Positions 12,167 through 25,537 are shown, counted from the stretch's first letter. The stretch is DNA of 64,000 nucleotides from Octopus vulgaris (GCA_951406725.2 OX597823.1:77314001-77378000), one strand, 5' to 3'. Made by a program: numbers and translations. Notes: generated by a model from the letters alone, not told the origin.

Positions 12167-12571
12167 CAGATTCTACTAGATGCTTTCCTCAGGGCACCAG
12201 CACTTGTGAGGAGGTCATCTTGTAACTTGAAAGACTAAAGAACTCCTACATCAGTGAGGAAAGCTAGGACCAAAGCATACAAAAGTCTGCAGAGATTGGA
12301 ACTGCTAATGCTTTTAGGAAAGTGCTTTTCCCCTGAAGTTGTGGCTTTTGTCAGCTCATACCAAGTAAATCTATGATCAAATGACATTCTAGCCATGACT
12401 ATCCCCTTCTTGCTTTCTTTCTTTATTCATCTTTATAAAAAAGTACCCAGTACACTCTGTAAAGTGGTTGACATTAGAAAAAGTTTCCAGCCGTAGAAAG
12501 CATGCCAAAGCAGAGAACTGGGCAAACAAATCAGACTGGAACCTAGTGCAACCTATAAAAATGGTCATTAA

Positions 12572-12816
12572 ATGATTATCATGATGATGGTAGTGGTGGT
12601 GGTAATGATGATGATGATGATGACGACGACGACAATGACAACAATGATGATGATGATGATGATGATGCCAACCATGATGACAACAATGATGATGATGATG
12701 CCAACCATGATGACAACAATGATGATGATGATGACAATGACGACGACGACGATGATGACGACGATAACAAAAATGACAACAACAACGATGATGGTGATGA
12801 TGATGATGATGATGAT
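12572..12816. repeat. Imperfect (GAT/GAC)n trinucleotide tract
   Basis: Direct inspection. Confidence 0.9.
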
Positions 12817-14267
12817 TCCTTTGTTTTAGACGTATTTTTACGTCCGAGTTAAGAAGGAAGGCAGTGTCCATGACCCATTCCCAGTCTCTCTAAAACTGGT
12901 GAGAGTAAAAACGAAGATCTCCTCAACTTAAAGACCTGCCCTGAATGCAAGCAACAGAGTCAAAAATCATTAAAGTCACCCCAAATACCATGGTAGTGGT
13001 GTTAAACTAGAACAGATTAAGTCTATTACCCAAGCAGGCCATGTTAAGATTTGTACGCAGAACAGAAAGAGCTGAAACAAATACTGCCGGGTAAGTGATC
13101 TTTCTTACAGTTCCATAAATCCACATCAAGATTGGTAAGTTTTGGTCAACTCTGAAAAGAAATATAAAGTTTACCTTGGTGGAATTTGAACTCAGAATGA
13201 GAGATTTGAACTTAGTAATTATTATCAAGTAAATTCATTTTTTAAGATGAATGAGTGAAAATTGAGTGAGAGTAGCACTGGCTGCTATTTCTACGAGATC
13301 AAATGACAACACAGAGGCTCTATTACTGGTTCATAGTCCTTCGTGAAGGTTTTAAAACCTTACAGAAAGAAATACTTCTGTCATTTCTCAGTAGTTAACT
13401 CTGACCTTGATAGAATTTGAACTCAGAGTTAGAGTTTTGGACCTGGTAGTCACATTATCTAATAAATCCATTTTTTAAGATGATCGGGTGAGATTTGATG
13501 GAGAAAGGATTTCACTGTTATTTCTACAAGGTCAAGCAACAATGCAGAGTTGCCATTGCTGGCTTACAGTTCTGTATCTGTATGAAGTCTTTTAAGCCTG
13601 ATGGAAAGAAATATATATTATTTTCATTTTCACAGTAATTAAATTTGACTCCATATACAGACATGAACAATTGAATAAGATTATATTCTTGCAAGGTGAT
13701 ACAAAAATACATTGTTTTAATAATAATAATACTCATAACCATAATAATAATAATAATAATGATGATGATGATACTGATAACAATGATAACAGTTGTTATA
13801 TATTTCGTGATCATTATTTTATTTTTAAAAAGTTTTATTAATTTATCATACAATAAATTTATTATGAATATGTCCAGACACTTAACTGTTGCAGTTTCTA
13901 TTGGATTAGTTTGCTTTCTGGAGATAAGTTATAAAACATTCTATCCATTTAAATGTTATGTTATTTTGTCTCAATAAGTAGGTAAGTACCTTTGGCATTT
14001 CAGTTTTATAGAAAATAGAATTCTTCGTAGATTCTTCATTCAAGTGACTGCTTGAAAAATTCCATTTTTCAACAGATTGGCCATTTTTCTGACAAACATT
14101 TTAAACAACAATAGTCAGTTATCAGATATATAATGTATACACATATATAAATACACATGCAAGTGGGTATGTACACACACAAACATGTACTGTGTTGGTT
14201 GTGGTTTAAATGCATTGCAATTTGTGAGATTTTGATTATCTACTAAGCAATTCTTGTCTGTTTTTCA

Positions 14268-14469
14268 TCTTTTACTTTCTACTTGTTGTTCAGTCATTGA
14301 ACTGCAGCTCATGCTGGAGCAACACCTTGAAGGGTTTTAGTTCAACAAATCAATCTCAGTATTTATATTTTCAAAGTTTGTACTTATCCTATCATCCCTT
14401 TTGCCAAATTGCTGAGTTATAGGAACATAAACAAACCAACATAGATGAGGGGAAAGACACAAACACTGA

Positions 14470-14508
<39 letters not shown>

Positions 14509-14700
14509 ACTTACCATATACACAGTAACACACAAACACACATACATACACACACACATATTCAATAGACTTCTTTCAGTTTCTGTTTCCCAAATTGTCT
14601 CACAAAGCTTTGGTTGGCCCAGGGCCATAGTAAAAGAGATTTGCCAATGTGCCATCAAGTAGGATTGAACCCAAAACCATGTGGTTTAGAAGCAAACTTG
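14268..14700 (-). mobile_element. SINE family A, diverged
   Basis: Reverse complement aligns with the family A head and tail. Confidence 0.8.
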
Positions 14701-14827
14701 TTTGAGTGAAAAGTTTTTCTATGTTAAGTTCTTTTCACACTTAAATTACAAATATTTACCTCCCTTTGGAAAACCATCTCTATGAGGTCATTTGATATGC
14801 TAGAAATAATAGCCAAATCTCTCATAA

Positions 14828-15044
14828 ACCTTTAGCATTTAATCCAAACAGATCCAGACCAAACATTCTACTTGTTTTATGTAAAAACTGTCCAGATCCA
14901 ACCTTTCACACCTACCCTACAATATCATTCTAAAAATATACAAACACAGCGTTGAAATCATGGAGCTACATGGTAACGTGTGATTTATGGAAAATGATGT
15001 GAATAGATAAGCATTTCATTTGACAAAGAAATCTGAATGCTAAA
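14828..15044. mobile_element. TTAA-type MITE (CCCTTTAGCATT family), degraded
   Basis: cctttagcattt ... tgaatgctaaa; related to 39675-40300 and 49222-49439. Confidence 0.6.
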
Positions 15045-15553
15045 TCTCAATCTTCCATATATATAAAGGAAAGATAATTTAGCTAAATTAAAGAAACAGA
15101 TTGGTCACAGCTGAAATCTCATTGATGATAGGGGGCTACTTAATAAGGGCTGACTCAAACATTTACTCTCATATTATGATTGTTTATTTCATTGGAATTC
15201 CTGAGAAATTCAGCTGTTGAAAAACAGGCTCTTTCTTCCAGAAGGCCAAAAAACAAAAGGAAATATGTGCAAAAATTTAATGTAAAAGTAACAAAGACAA
15301 CTTAATATACTATGAAGAAATGGAAGAGAAACTGGTATTTCAGACAATTTGTCCTTTGTCAAGATAAATAAGTAGAGAGATAAAGGAAAAAAGAAACGTT
15401 TCTTGGAGAAAAACATGCAAGTTGGATACCATTTATTTTCTCAACACTGTTTTTTTTCTTTTCTTCATTATCTATCTTGAAGATGGACATATCATGTGAA
15501 ACTTTGATAGCTCTTATTTTAATTCATGGTTTGATAACATGAATTCGTTACTG

Positions 15554-15602
<49 letters not shown>

Positions 15603-15934
15603 GTTGTTGTAGATCATGATTTGCTCTCTGGATTGCTTTTTACGTTTATATAGTAGAAGAAAAAAATGGAGAAAAAACACTGATTTGTCAGATATTGGTT
15701 TCTTTCCACAAATCTGTGATATGTTCTTTCAATAATGTCATCCAATGGAATCTCACCTTGATGATGCACATAGATAAATACATGGTAGCTGTCAACTCAC
15801 AAATGAAGTATGAACAGTGCTGACAAATTATTTCATCCTGGTTGTTAAAGACAATGGCTGTTTGCAACATTCATGCTGAAATTCAAAGTCAAGAACAGCT
15901 TGCAGAACACCACTAAGACTCTAACCGACAAAAC

Positions 15935-16523
15935 CAAGTCCTCGAGCATCATCCGAGCGTGATTGTTGCCAGAGCAGCTATCTGGCCTCCATGCCGGTGG
16001 CACATAAAATACGCCATTCAAGCATGATCGTTACCAGCATCGCCTTACTGGCACCCGCACCGGTGGAATGTGTAAAAGATTTGAGCGAGGTCGTTGTCAG
16101 TGCTGCCTGACTGGCCTCGTGCCGATGGCACATAAAAGCACCTAATACACTCTTGGAGTGGATGGCGTGAGGAAGGGCATCCAGCTGTAGAAACTCTGCC
16201 AGATCAAGATTGAAGCCTGGTGCAGCCATCTAGTTCGGCAGTCCTCAGTCAAATCATCCAACCCATGGAAAGCAGATGTTAAACGATGATGATGATACAT
16301 GTATAGTATGGAAAACAGACATTAAATAATGATGATGATAATGATATATATATATATATATACATACTACACTCACGGAGTGGTTGACGTTAAGAAGGGC
16401 ATCCAGCTGTAGAAACTCTACCAGATCAAGATTGAAGCCTGGTGCAGCCATCTGGTTCGCCAGCCCTCAGTCACACATCCAACCCATGCTAGCATAGAAA
16501 GTGGATGTTAAACGATGATGATG
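15935..16523 (+). mobile_element. Two adjacent family C copies; the second is tail only
   Basis: Shared tail gaagggcatccagctgtagaaactct...gttaaacgatgatgatg ends at ~16296 and ~16523. Confidence 0.8.
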
Positions 16524-16903
16524 TGGATGTTTTGGTGCTTCAAGAGATGTTTAAGTAAAGACTTGGAGGTCTCTCATTCACAGCTGTTGGATGGCTGTTG
16601 ACCCTACTGAGTTCATGCATCCTTTGACAGGTTTTGTTTTGCCCCTTGCTGGGTGTCTAATGAAAACCATCCTCCCTACCATGCAGGCTTGGTAGGATTG
16701 CCAGTTCAGTCACAGATAGCTCAACCATGTAACTGATTATGCTGGGTTACATGTTGCCAGTAGTTCTAAGAGTGATTTGACCGATACATACATATTTACA
16801 TTCATACATGTATAACTCTATACAAGCAAGTAAACAAAAGAAGGAAAGTAGCACTCACCATGTATTTGGAATTGTACATATTTAATAAATTGATTAAGCC
16901 TTA

Positions 16904-17280
16904 CAGGAGTGGCTGTGTGGTAAGTAGCTTCCTTACTAGCCACATGGTTCCGGGTTCAGTCCCACTGCGTGGCACATTGGGCAAATGTCTTCTACTGTAG
17001 CCTCAGGTCGACCAAGCCTTGTGAGTGGATTTGGTAGACAGAAACTGAAAGAAGCCCGTCATATATATGTATATACATATATATGTGTGTGTATTTGTTT
17101 GTGTGTCTGTGTTTGTCCCCCCGACATCGTCTGACAACTGATGCTGGTTTGGCAAAAGAAACCGATAGAATAAGTACAAGGCTTCCAAAGAATAAGTCCT
17201 GGGGTCGATTTGCTCAACTAAAGGCGGTGCTCCAGCATGGCCACAGTCAAATGACTGAAATGAGTAAAAGAGTAAAAGAG
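16904..17280 (+). mobile_element. SINE family A
   Basis: Well-conserved head and tail. Confidence 0.9.
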
Positions 17281-17619
17281 TATTACTAAAGTTTTGAAGA
17301 CATAGAAATGCAGTCAGAGTAGGAAGAATTTAAGCATTGTTTCTTCTAAGTCAGTATATTTGATGGAAGGGCCCACTCTAAAAGTCGGTTCAGCTCCTAT
17401 GAATAGAATAATCAAACATTAACATTAGACTATCTTAATTGTGTGATTATGTAGTATAGGGAACATTCTAGACCCTGTAAGGCTTCTGAAGTCATTAATG
17501 TTAGTCACATCATATACTTATAGTGATAGGAAGAAAGTGCTCCATGTGGTGAGGTAACCAGTCTAGTGGTGTTAAATCAAATTTCTGGTCCCTGAAATAG
17601 CAGGAACCTCTATATAGAC

Positions 17620-17925
17620 ATGATTGGTCATGTGCCATTGCAGTGCATGACCACACCCACCATTTGTTGGTATCTGCTCAGATCATCCCAATCCATCCTC
17701 CAAGCAGTGTCTCAGTCAGTTCCTATTTCCATGAAGTACTTCCACATCTGCCATGACCATGAGGCATGTGGCCAACCATTAGGAGCTGTCACCACAGCCA
17801 GATCTTCAGAGAAGAGAACACGTTGAGCAGGATCCAATTCAGAAAATCAAACAACATGACCAGACAGTTTAGGCTGATGCTCCTGAAATATACAAGTAAC
17901 AGGACACATCCCAGTTTCTGAGTAT
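17620..17925 (-). mobile_element. Degraded RTE-clade LINE 3' fragment
   Basis: ETGMCPVTCIFQEHQPKLSGHVV*FSELDPAQRVLF...PNGWPHASW resembles the RTE C-terminal RQLRLFGHV...DPA...RPRGRP..SW region. Confidence 0.6.
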
Positions 17926-18167
17926 AGTCATTGGGTCATTGGTTGGATATGAAAACCAACCAATGCTAACCTATTATCATTGTAGGTCACAATAGTTGGT
18001 GGAAGTAGCCCAACCATAAGTCAGTTCAGCTCATATGACTAGATTAATCAAACATCGTTGTTAAATAATCTTGAATGTGTATCAGGATAGCCATATGACC
18101 AGATGAAAATGGTAACCAAATGACACTCAGAGAGAAGAGGAGATATTGAAAGAGTAGAGATAAATAT

Positions 18168-18622
18168 CTTCTTCTTCTTAATCCTTTTAGCCTCTTGTGG
18201 AGCATAGGGCCTCAACAGTTGTTTTCCACTTTTTGCGGTCATTGGCGTGTTTCTTGGCTGCTTCCCATGTCAGGCCGATGGTCCTGAGCTCATCCAAAAT
18301 GCTTCGCTTCCATGTCTGCTTCGAGTGTCTTTGCTTCCTTTTCCCCTGCGGGTTCGAGTCAAGTACCTGTCATGTCACATTTGAGGGTTCTTTCCACAGT
18401 GTGTGTCTGATCCTTCTCCATATCCTTCGTCTAATCTGAACATATATGGGCTCCTGGTTGGCCCTTTCCCACACGTCGGTGTTTGGCACTCTGTCGAACC
18501 ACTTCAGATGGAGGATCTGCTGGAGACATTTGTTGATGAAGGTCTGGATCTTCTTGTGGTTGCTGCAGGTGAATCTCCATGTTTCAGAGCCACACAAAAG
18601 CACAGATTTTACGTTTGAACTA
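18168..18622 (-). mobile_element. RTE-clade LINE 3' fragment with (AAG)n tail
   Basis: IFSSNVKSVLLCGSETW...IQTFINKCLQQILHLKW...NPQGKRK...ALCST; taaatat occurs at both ends (possible TSD or microhomology). Confidence 0.9.
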
Positions 18623-19221
18623 AATATACTATATCTAAAATATAATGATGATATAGTCATGGCCTTTGAATCAGTAGCTTAGCTGGGGGTATGAGGGGAT
18701 TGTCCACATTGGGTAATGCTTTTATAAACTCAGGCCTATGAATGGGAATGCAAAATCAAGAGCCACCCTAGGTGGTACTCACTGCTTTGATCATAGGTAT
18801 GCTTGATCAGAACTGAGCTGGCCCAAATAACAGCATAGACATGTAAAACACAAGAATAATGATAGCAGCAGTGGCAAAATGAATTAAAAGTAGCAAGAAA
18901 TAAGAGCAAAAGAAACACGAGTAAAATTAGGAGAGACAGAATTAAGACCAGTAATAACATGACAGCCATAGAGGCATGAAAAAAGGGAGACAGTAGCGGC
19001 GATAGATTTGCAACTGTCAAAGTGAATACAAATCAACAGCAAATATGGTTAATATCATGTCTCCAACGTCAGAAACATACTAGATATCTGAATATATATA
19101 TATATATTCTTTTATCTGTATCAGTCATTTGACGGTAGCCATGTTGGAGCACCACCTTTAGTTGAGCAAATCGATCCTAGTACTTATTCTATCAGTCTCT
19201 TTTTGCTGAACTGTTAAGTTA

Positions 19222-19557
19222 AATTCCAAAGGCTGGAGCAGCTTGAATGGGAAATGATGCCTTACCCACCATATTTGCAAGACTTTGCCCCATCTGATTA
19301 TCATTTATTCCGCAATCTCCAAAATCATTTGGATGGAAAAAATATGAATTCTGTAGACGAGGTTAAAACAGTACTGGAGGAGTATTTTTCATCGCGGACA
19401 TGTGAATTATGGAAGGGAGGCCTTGCAAGTCTATCAGATAGGTGGAAGAGCATTGCAGAAGATGATAGAGAGTATATTTGTTTATCCTAATTTTGATAAA
19501 TACAAGAAGTATAAAAATACCACATTATTTACGCATTATTTATGGGATGACCCAATA
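19222..19557 (+). mobile_element. mariner transposase 3' fragment with TIR
   Basis: YPPYLQDFAPSDYHLFRNLQNHL matches the mariner HPPYSPDLAPSDYHLF motif; terminus ttatgggatgacccaata. Confidence 0.9.
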
Positions 19558-19631
19558 TATAGATACAGATTTATGTATAAACACATAAATACATGTGAGT
19601 GTGTGTGTGTATATATATATATATAATTGAA

Positions 19632-19861
19632 GGCGGCGAGCTGGCAGAAACGTTAGCATGCCAGGCGAAATGTGTAGCCGTATTTTGTCTGCTTTTATGT
19701 TCTGAGTTCAAATTCCGCTGAGGTCAACTTTGCCTTTCATCCTTTTGGGGTCGATAAATTAAGTACCAGTTGCACACAGGGGTCGATGTAATCGACTTAA
19801 TCCCTTTGTCTGTCCTTTTTTGTCCCCTTTGTGTTTAGCCCCTTATGGGCAATAAAGAAAT
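19632..19861 (+). mobile_element. SINE family B
   Basis: Full head and tail, lying in a (TA)n tract. Confidence 0.85.
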
Positions 19862-20679
19862 ATATATATATATATATATATATAATTATTATTATAATAA
19901 TAAAGGGAAGGATAAGAAGATATAGGAAGAGAGAAGAGGAGAAGGAGGGGAAGAGCAGGTGGAGTAGCTCCACAACAATTAACAACAAAGCTAACAACAG
20001 TAGCAAGAACATGAATTCTTAGGAAATTATTTGCTTAATGGATAGGAACATTGTTAAACTTAGTATTTAGAAATAACTATTTCTTTCGGTTTGGCTCAAG
20101 TCTAAGACTATGCACACATCAACTAACATATCCAGTAGTGACAGTGAGAGACAAAAACCTATTGAAATATTGTAGTGATGCACATATTGTAATTATAGTG
20201 TGAAATGATGAGGTTTAATTGTCCAGAAAATAATGTTATATAAACAAGCTCTCATCTCAGACATTTAGATATTTAATAAATGTTTACCTGTAGGGTATTT
20301 ACCTTGGTGATTTACCATTTCTTACAGTTCATTACCTGAATATAATTACAGATATTATTTACTTGTTAAATGAAAAATAGATAATTTCTCCATCGATTGT
20401 AAATTTTGTATGAAAAAATAACGAAGATCTTATCAGAATCATTAGTATCTTTGTTGTTTTTTGTTTAGCCCTAAGTCAACCTTCACTGATCACACCTAAA
20501 TCGAAGGTTTAATTTCTGTGACCACAACATCACTTGAGACATATGTATACAAATCCATTATAACATTAATCTATATAATATATCCTCAGTCCTGCTTTAT
20601 GTCAGACAATAGTTGTACTTTGAGGGAGGTTTGACTGTTATTTCTAGTAGCTGGTTAAGGTGACCATAATACATGTTCT

Positions 20680-21545
20680 CACAGTAGTTGAAGTATACGT
20701 ATCATTAGTTGTAGTGGTTATAATATAATTAGTATTATTAGTATCAGTGTGCCTATTAGTGTTTGTGTTGGTTTCAGGTGTGCGCCCATTACCCTCAGAG
20801 GTGGGGATTATATTATGTATGTTTAAGTTGTTTAAAGTGGTCGGACCATGGGTGTTAGATATGTTATTGCAATCGGTCTTAGTGTTTTCATTGTGTAGGT
20901 CTATGGTAGAGTTGCATGTGTTTAGATAGTAAGAGCTAAGTTTACATTTATTAGATGAGGTGATAATAGATTCTATATTTGGTGTAGATGAATAGGATAA
21001 TTTCAAAGTGGATCTGATAAAGATAGAATGGTACTTATGGTTACATGAGTAATTGGACTCTACTATTTTAAAGAAAGCTTTAGCAAGGCCCTGAACATTT
21101 AAAGTGAATGGAGGTGTATCGCAGAGAATAGATCTCCTGCCGTTTTCCTTAGGCAAGTTAGGAGAAGTGTAATTCCTAGTGAATGTTGGAGGAGAGTTGG
21201 AAGGTCTAATGTTAGTATTAGTGTTCGTAGATTGAGTGTTGTGCATGTGGGAGCTAGGTGGTCAACATCAACTTATTGTAGCAGAAAGGATTGGATTTCT
21301 ATTTGTGTGCATTTGTCCAGAGCTAAGTTACAAGAGATGTTCCTTAAGCCTAGTGTTGGGTATAAATCTAATTTTCTGGGAGAAACCACTAACAGCTAGA
21401 GCTTGGTTATAGTAGTTGACGTAGTTATTGAAGATTTATTCACTGATGATGGATCAGATATTCTGATGGATATGCCTTTGATTATGCTCTCAAAAGTAGA
21501 TTTATAGTGGCTAGATTCTGTGTTGATGTATTTAAGGTATTGACT
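20680..21545 (-). mobile_element. Penelope-like element fragment (RT thumb and linker, Naiad-like)
   Basis: YINTESSH...IRISDPSS...IFNNYVNYYNQALAVSGF then RRSILCDTPPFTLNV...HKYHSIFIRSTLKLSYSSTPNI; resembles PLE YINxxSNH...ALxxSGY and WFNPPFS...HKIFNRNTxKxSYSCMPN motifs; frameshifted. Confidence 0.8.
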
Positions 21546-21552
21546 AGTTTAC

Positions 21553-21797
21553 CAAATCATTTGGGGGTCATAACTTTTGAAAGCCAGGAGGAGGTTGAAA
21601 CTGACATTTCAGAGTTCTTCACTTTGAAACCATAAGAGCTTTACATTGATGGGATTAAAAAGCTTGTAAATAGATGGAAAGAAGTCATAGATAATCAGGT
21701 AAAGTACATTGATGATTAAGTTTCAATTAAATATAACATTTGATCACTTGTTTTCTTTATTCAAAATTCAGACAGAACTTATGGGATGACCTGATAC
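21553..21797 (+). mobile_element. mariner transposase 3' end with TIR
   Basis: FESQEEVETDISEFF...GIKKLVNRWKEVIDNQGKYIDD*; terminus cttatgggatgacctgata. Confidence 0.8.
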
Positions 21798-22100
21798 ATA
21801 GTTTATATATGTCAAAGGCAACTTCCTGATGGTCTAGTTCAGCACTCACATACGGTCGCAGCTTCAGTTGTGTATATATGTCATGTCAGAGACAGACTGT
21901 TTTGTTGATCAGATGAATTGAAACATTCATTGTTGTAATCAACGGAGTGCCAGTTTTATGTGCATGTGTATGTGCGTGTGCATACATATGGGGGTATGTG
22001 CATCCATCTCATATTTTTTCACCAGATCACATGATCACTGATGTTGGTGAATTCGTACTTCCAGAATCTAGCAGTTCAGCAAAAGAGAATTAATAGAGCA

Positions 22101-22440
22101 AAGGTAAAGACCATCTTCGGACATGAATGACGATGGGATTGCATCTAGAAAGTTACTCTTTGAAGCACAAGTCTGGAATAGGTTGTTTATGGAAAACCAG
22201 CAGTTGCCCATGCATACCAGCTTCCCCTCTTCATGCCACTGATGTTATCCAAAGAAAAGGCAAAGACTGATACAGCTTGGCACCAGTGATGTTGTGACTC
22301 ATTTCTACAGCTGAATGAACTGGAGCAACATGAAATAAAACGTCATGCTCAAAAAGCACAACACACGGCTTGGTTTAGTAATTGAACTCACAACCTCAGG
22401 ACTGTAAGCTCAACACTCTAACCACTAAGCTATGTGCCTT
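22101..22440 (-). mobile_element. SINE family E inserted in a family A tail
   Basis: Reverse complement aligns with 11430-11748. Confidence 0.75.
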
Positions 22441-22455
22441 CACAATAGAATAAAT

Positions 22456-22778
22456 TTGTTTATTTTTTTATTTATGCTCCCTTTTCAAGCCTAGCCAGGC
22501 TCATGGGCCCGGTTTCCAAGTTTCTGTAGCGTATGTTTTACCCCCAAGCTGGACGGGACGCTAGTCTATCACAGCATTACTCAAGAAACAGGAAGAAAGA
22601 GTGAGAGAAAGTTGGGCAAAAAAGTACAACAGGGGCCACCACCACCCCCTACCGGAGCCTCGTGGAGCTTTTAGGTGTTTTCGCTCAATAAACACACACA
22701 ACGCCCAGTCTGGAAATCGAAACCGCGATCCTCCGACCGTGAGTCCGCTGCCCTAACCACTGGGCCATTGTGCCTCCA
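22456..22778 (-). mobile_element. SINE family D
   Basis: tRNA-like head tggcccagtggttagggc...gtttcgatttcc; exact 15-bp TSD cacaatagaataaat at 22441-22455 and 22779-22793. Confidence 0.85.
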
Positions 22779-23036
22779 CACAATAGAATAAATACAACAC
22801 TTACATAAGTACAAGTACTGGGGTCAATTCATTCAACTAAAGACCCTTTAAAGTGATGCTTCAGCATGGCCATAAATCCAATATCCGAAACAAAGAATAT
22901 AAGAATAAATGAATATCAGAATAGAAAAATGAAAGAATATGTTGAGAAGCTAAAATATTGATTTATGATTTTTTTTTTTTTAATATTTATTTAAATGATT
23001 ATCTGAAGAAATCTTTTGAATCAAATGGACATTTAG

Positions 23037-23402
23037 AAGCTGATTATATTAAATTATAGCATCGATGCTGAAGATGGAATGCTGGAATTAAAATCTGGAG
23101 GCATTTCTTTGTTGCGTCTTTTATCTGCCATCAGAACTATTTATGATATGTGCTCCTCTGAGGATCAGTTGAACGAGTCTTCTGTTACGAAAGCTCCCAC
23201 CAGCACCGGTGGCAGTAGCAGCAACAACACCACCACTACCACCATCACCACTACCCTCACTGTCAGCGCTACATTTTATAAATCGTTTCCTACTGTCACA
23301 TGTGGGTCCCACCTGAAGCTAAACATCAAACAGTCGAGAATCTCACAGCAAGAGAATAAGAATGAGAATGAGAAGCAGCATCCACAATTGCTTGATGAAT
23401 GA
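23037..23402 (+). CDS. Possible exon or ORF of unknown product
   Basis: About 120 open codons of mostly non-repeat sequence after atttag; no recognisable domain. Confidence 0.2.
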   Translation, partial: KLIILNYSIDAEDGMLELKSGGISLLRLLSAIRTIYDMCSSEDQLNESSVTKAPTSTGGSSSNNTTTTTITTTLTVSATFYKSFPTVTCGSHLKLNIKQSRISQQENKNENEKQHPQLLDE

Positions 23403-23426
23403 TTTTAGAAAAACTCTAATGCCATT

Positions 23427-24260
23427 GATAGTGATGATGACAATGACGATGATGGTGATGGTGATGATGATGACGACGACGACGATGATGATGATGATGA
23501 TGAGGCTGATGATGAAAGGGAAAATGATAATGGTGATGATGAAGGTGATAACAATGACAACGATGATGATGATGACGACGACGATGACGACAATGATGAT
23601 GGCGATGATGACGATGATGATGATGGTGATGATGAGGATGATGACGATGATGGTGATGGTGATGGTGATGACGACGATGATGATGAGGATGATGATGAGG
23701 ATGATGATGAAAAGGAAAATGATAATGGTGATGATGAATGTGATAACAATGACAACGATGATGATGGTGATGGTGATGACGACGACGACGACGACGACGA
23801 CGATGATGATGGCAATGATGACGATGATGATGATGGTGATGATGAGGATGATGAAAAGGAAAATGATAATGGCGATGATGAAGGTGATAACAATGACAAT
23901 GATGATGATGATGATGACAACGATGGAAATGAAAATGACGAAGGCGATGATAATGACAACGATAGTGATAACAACGATGACAATAACAACAATAGTGAGA
24001 ACAACAACAATGATGAAGATGATGATGATGATGATGGTGATGATAATGGTGAAGATAATGGTGATGACAACAATGACAATGATTACTGATGAGGACAACA
24101 ACGGTGATGAAGGGGAGGAGAAGGAAAAGAACGTAATGGTGATGGTAGTGGTGGTGGTGGTGGTGGTTTTGACGATGACGATGATGATGATGATGATGAT
24201 GACAGTGTTGTTATTGATGATGACTATGATGATAATGATCATGATAATTATGATCATAAG
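23427..24260. repeat. Long compound (GAT/GAC/GGT/AAT)n tract with higher-order repeats
   Basis: Block ggaaaatgataatgg.gatgatgaa.gtgataacaatgacaa recurs three times. Confidence 0.9.
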
Positions 24261-24726
24261 CAGGAGGAGGAAGAGGAGGGAAGGAAGGCATGAGAAGTGG
24301 AAGGGGATGCTGAAGGTGTTGATAATTAGAAATGTAATGATGAAAATAATTTTTAATGACGATAGCATTGTTCTTTACCTCCTGGCAATTGATGACATCT
24401 AACACACCAATGATCTCATTCATTCCAACAGTGACCAGCCATCCAGTCATTTTTGGGGTCTTGACATTCTCTTCTTTAATGATGGTCGGGCGATGAAGAT
24501 TATGGCGGCAGTGAAAGAGACAGTAATATTACTAATGGTTAAAACAATAACAAATCTACCCTCATTCTCTTTCTTTCCTTCATTCTTCATCTCTCTCTCT
24601 CTTTCTTTCTCTCTCTCTCTCTCCTGCTCTCAGCAAGTATGTCCAACTCTTGTTTAACAGATGTGTATATATAAAAACGTATACATACATACATATATAT
24701 GTGTATGTCTATGTGTATACATATAT

Positions 24727-24953
24727 CCTTTTATTCTTTTATTCTTTTACACATTTCAGTCACTTGATTGTGGCCATGCTGGAGCACCACCTTTAGTCGA
24801 GCAAATCGATCCCGGGACTTATTCTTTGTAAGCCTAGCACTTATTCTATCATTCTCTTTTGCCGAACCGATAAGTTACAGGGGTGTATACACACCAGCAT
24901 TGGTTGTCAAGTGATGTTCGGACAAACACAGACACACCAACATATACACACAT

Positions 24954-24999
<46 letters not shown>

Positions 25000-25144
25000 A
25001 ACGGGCTTCTTTCAGTTGCTGTCTACCAAATCCACTCGCAAGGCTCTGATTGGCCCAAGGCTATAGTAGAAGACACTTGCCCAAAGTGCTAGACAGTGGG
25101 ATTGAACCCAGAACCATGTGGCTGGTAAGCAAGCTGCTGCACCT
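24727..25144 (-). mobile_element. SINE family A
   Basis: Reverse complement shows head and tail. Confidence 0.85.
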
Positions 25145-25273
25145 ATGTAGATATATGTTTGTGTGTATATATATATATATGTGTGTACATCTAACTATTT
25201 ATTTGTGTGTGAGTGTATATATATTCACACACACATATGCACACATATACACATATGTATATGTATGTATATA

Positions 25274-25330
<57 letters not shown>

Positions 25331-25332
<2 letters not shown>

Positions 25333-25527
25333 CAGAGTAAGCACATAAATGTGGAAAAAATAGTACTTGAATACCAGAGATAGAGTAATATGGTTTTTTA
25401 ATAAAGCTGCAAAAACATTGAAAAAACTGTTACTCAGAGCTTCATGTTCCAAAACTATCTGATGAACAGGAACATGAAACTCTGAGTAACAATTTTCATG
25501 ATGTTTTTACAGTTTTATTTATAAAGT
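25331..25527. mobile_element. Asymmetric inverted pLTR-like element beside (TA)n
   Basis: Inverted arms at ~25400-25450 and 25469-25519, with a one-sided extension to 25331. Confidence 0.6.
25451..25496 (+). ncRNA. Decayed type I hammerhead ribozyme, canonical C3-G8 core
   Basis: AAAACUAU CUGAUGA ACA-GGAA-CAU GAAA CUC-U-GAG UA ACAAUUUU, GUA triplet. Stem II is restored (ACG/CGU) if two CpG-type changes are reversed; the inverted arm supplies ACAGUUUU for stem I. Confidence 0.6.
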
Positions 25528-25537
25528 ATATATATTA

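Noticed and set aside
23343-24402. 341-346 aa Met-rich, Ile-rich and Ser-rich ORFs
   Set aside because: They are translations of a (GAT)n-derived tract.
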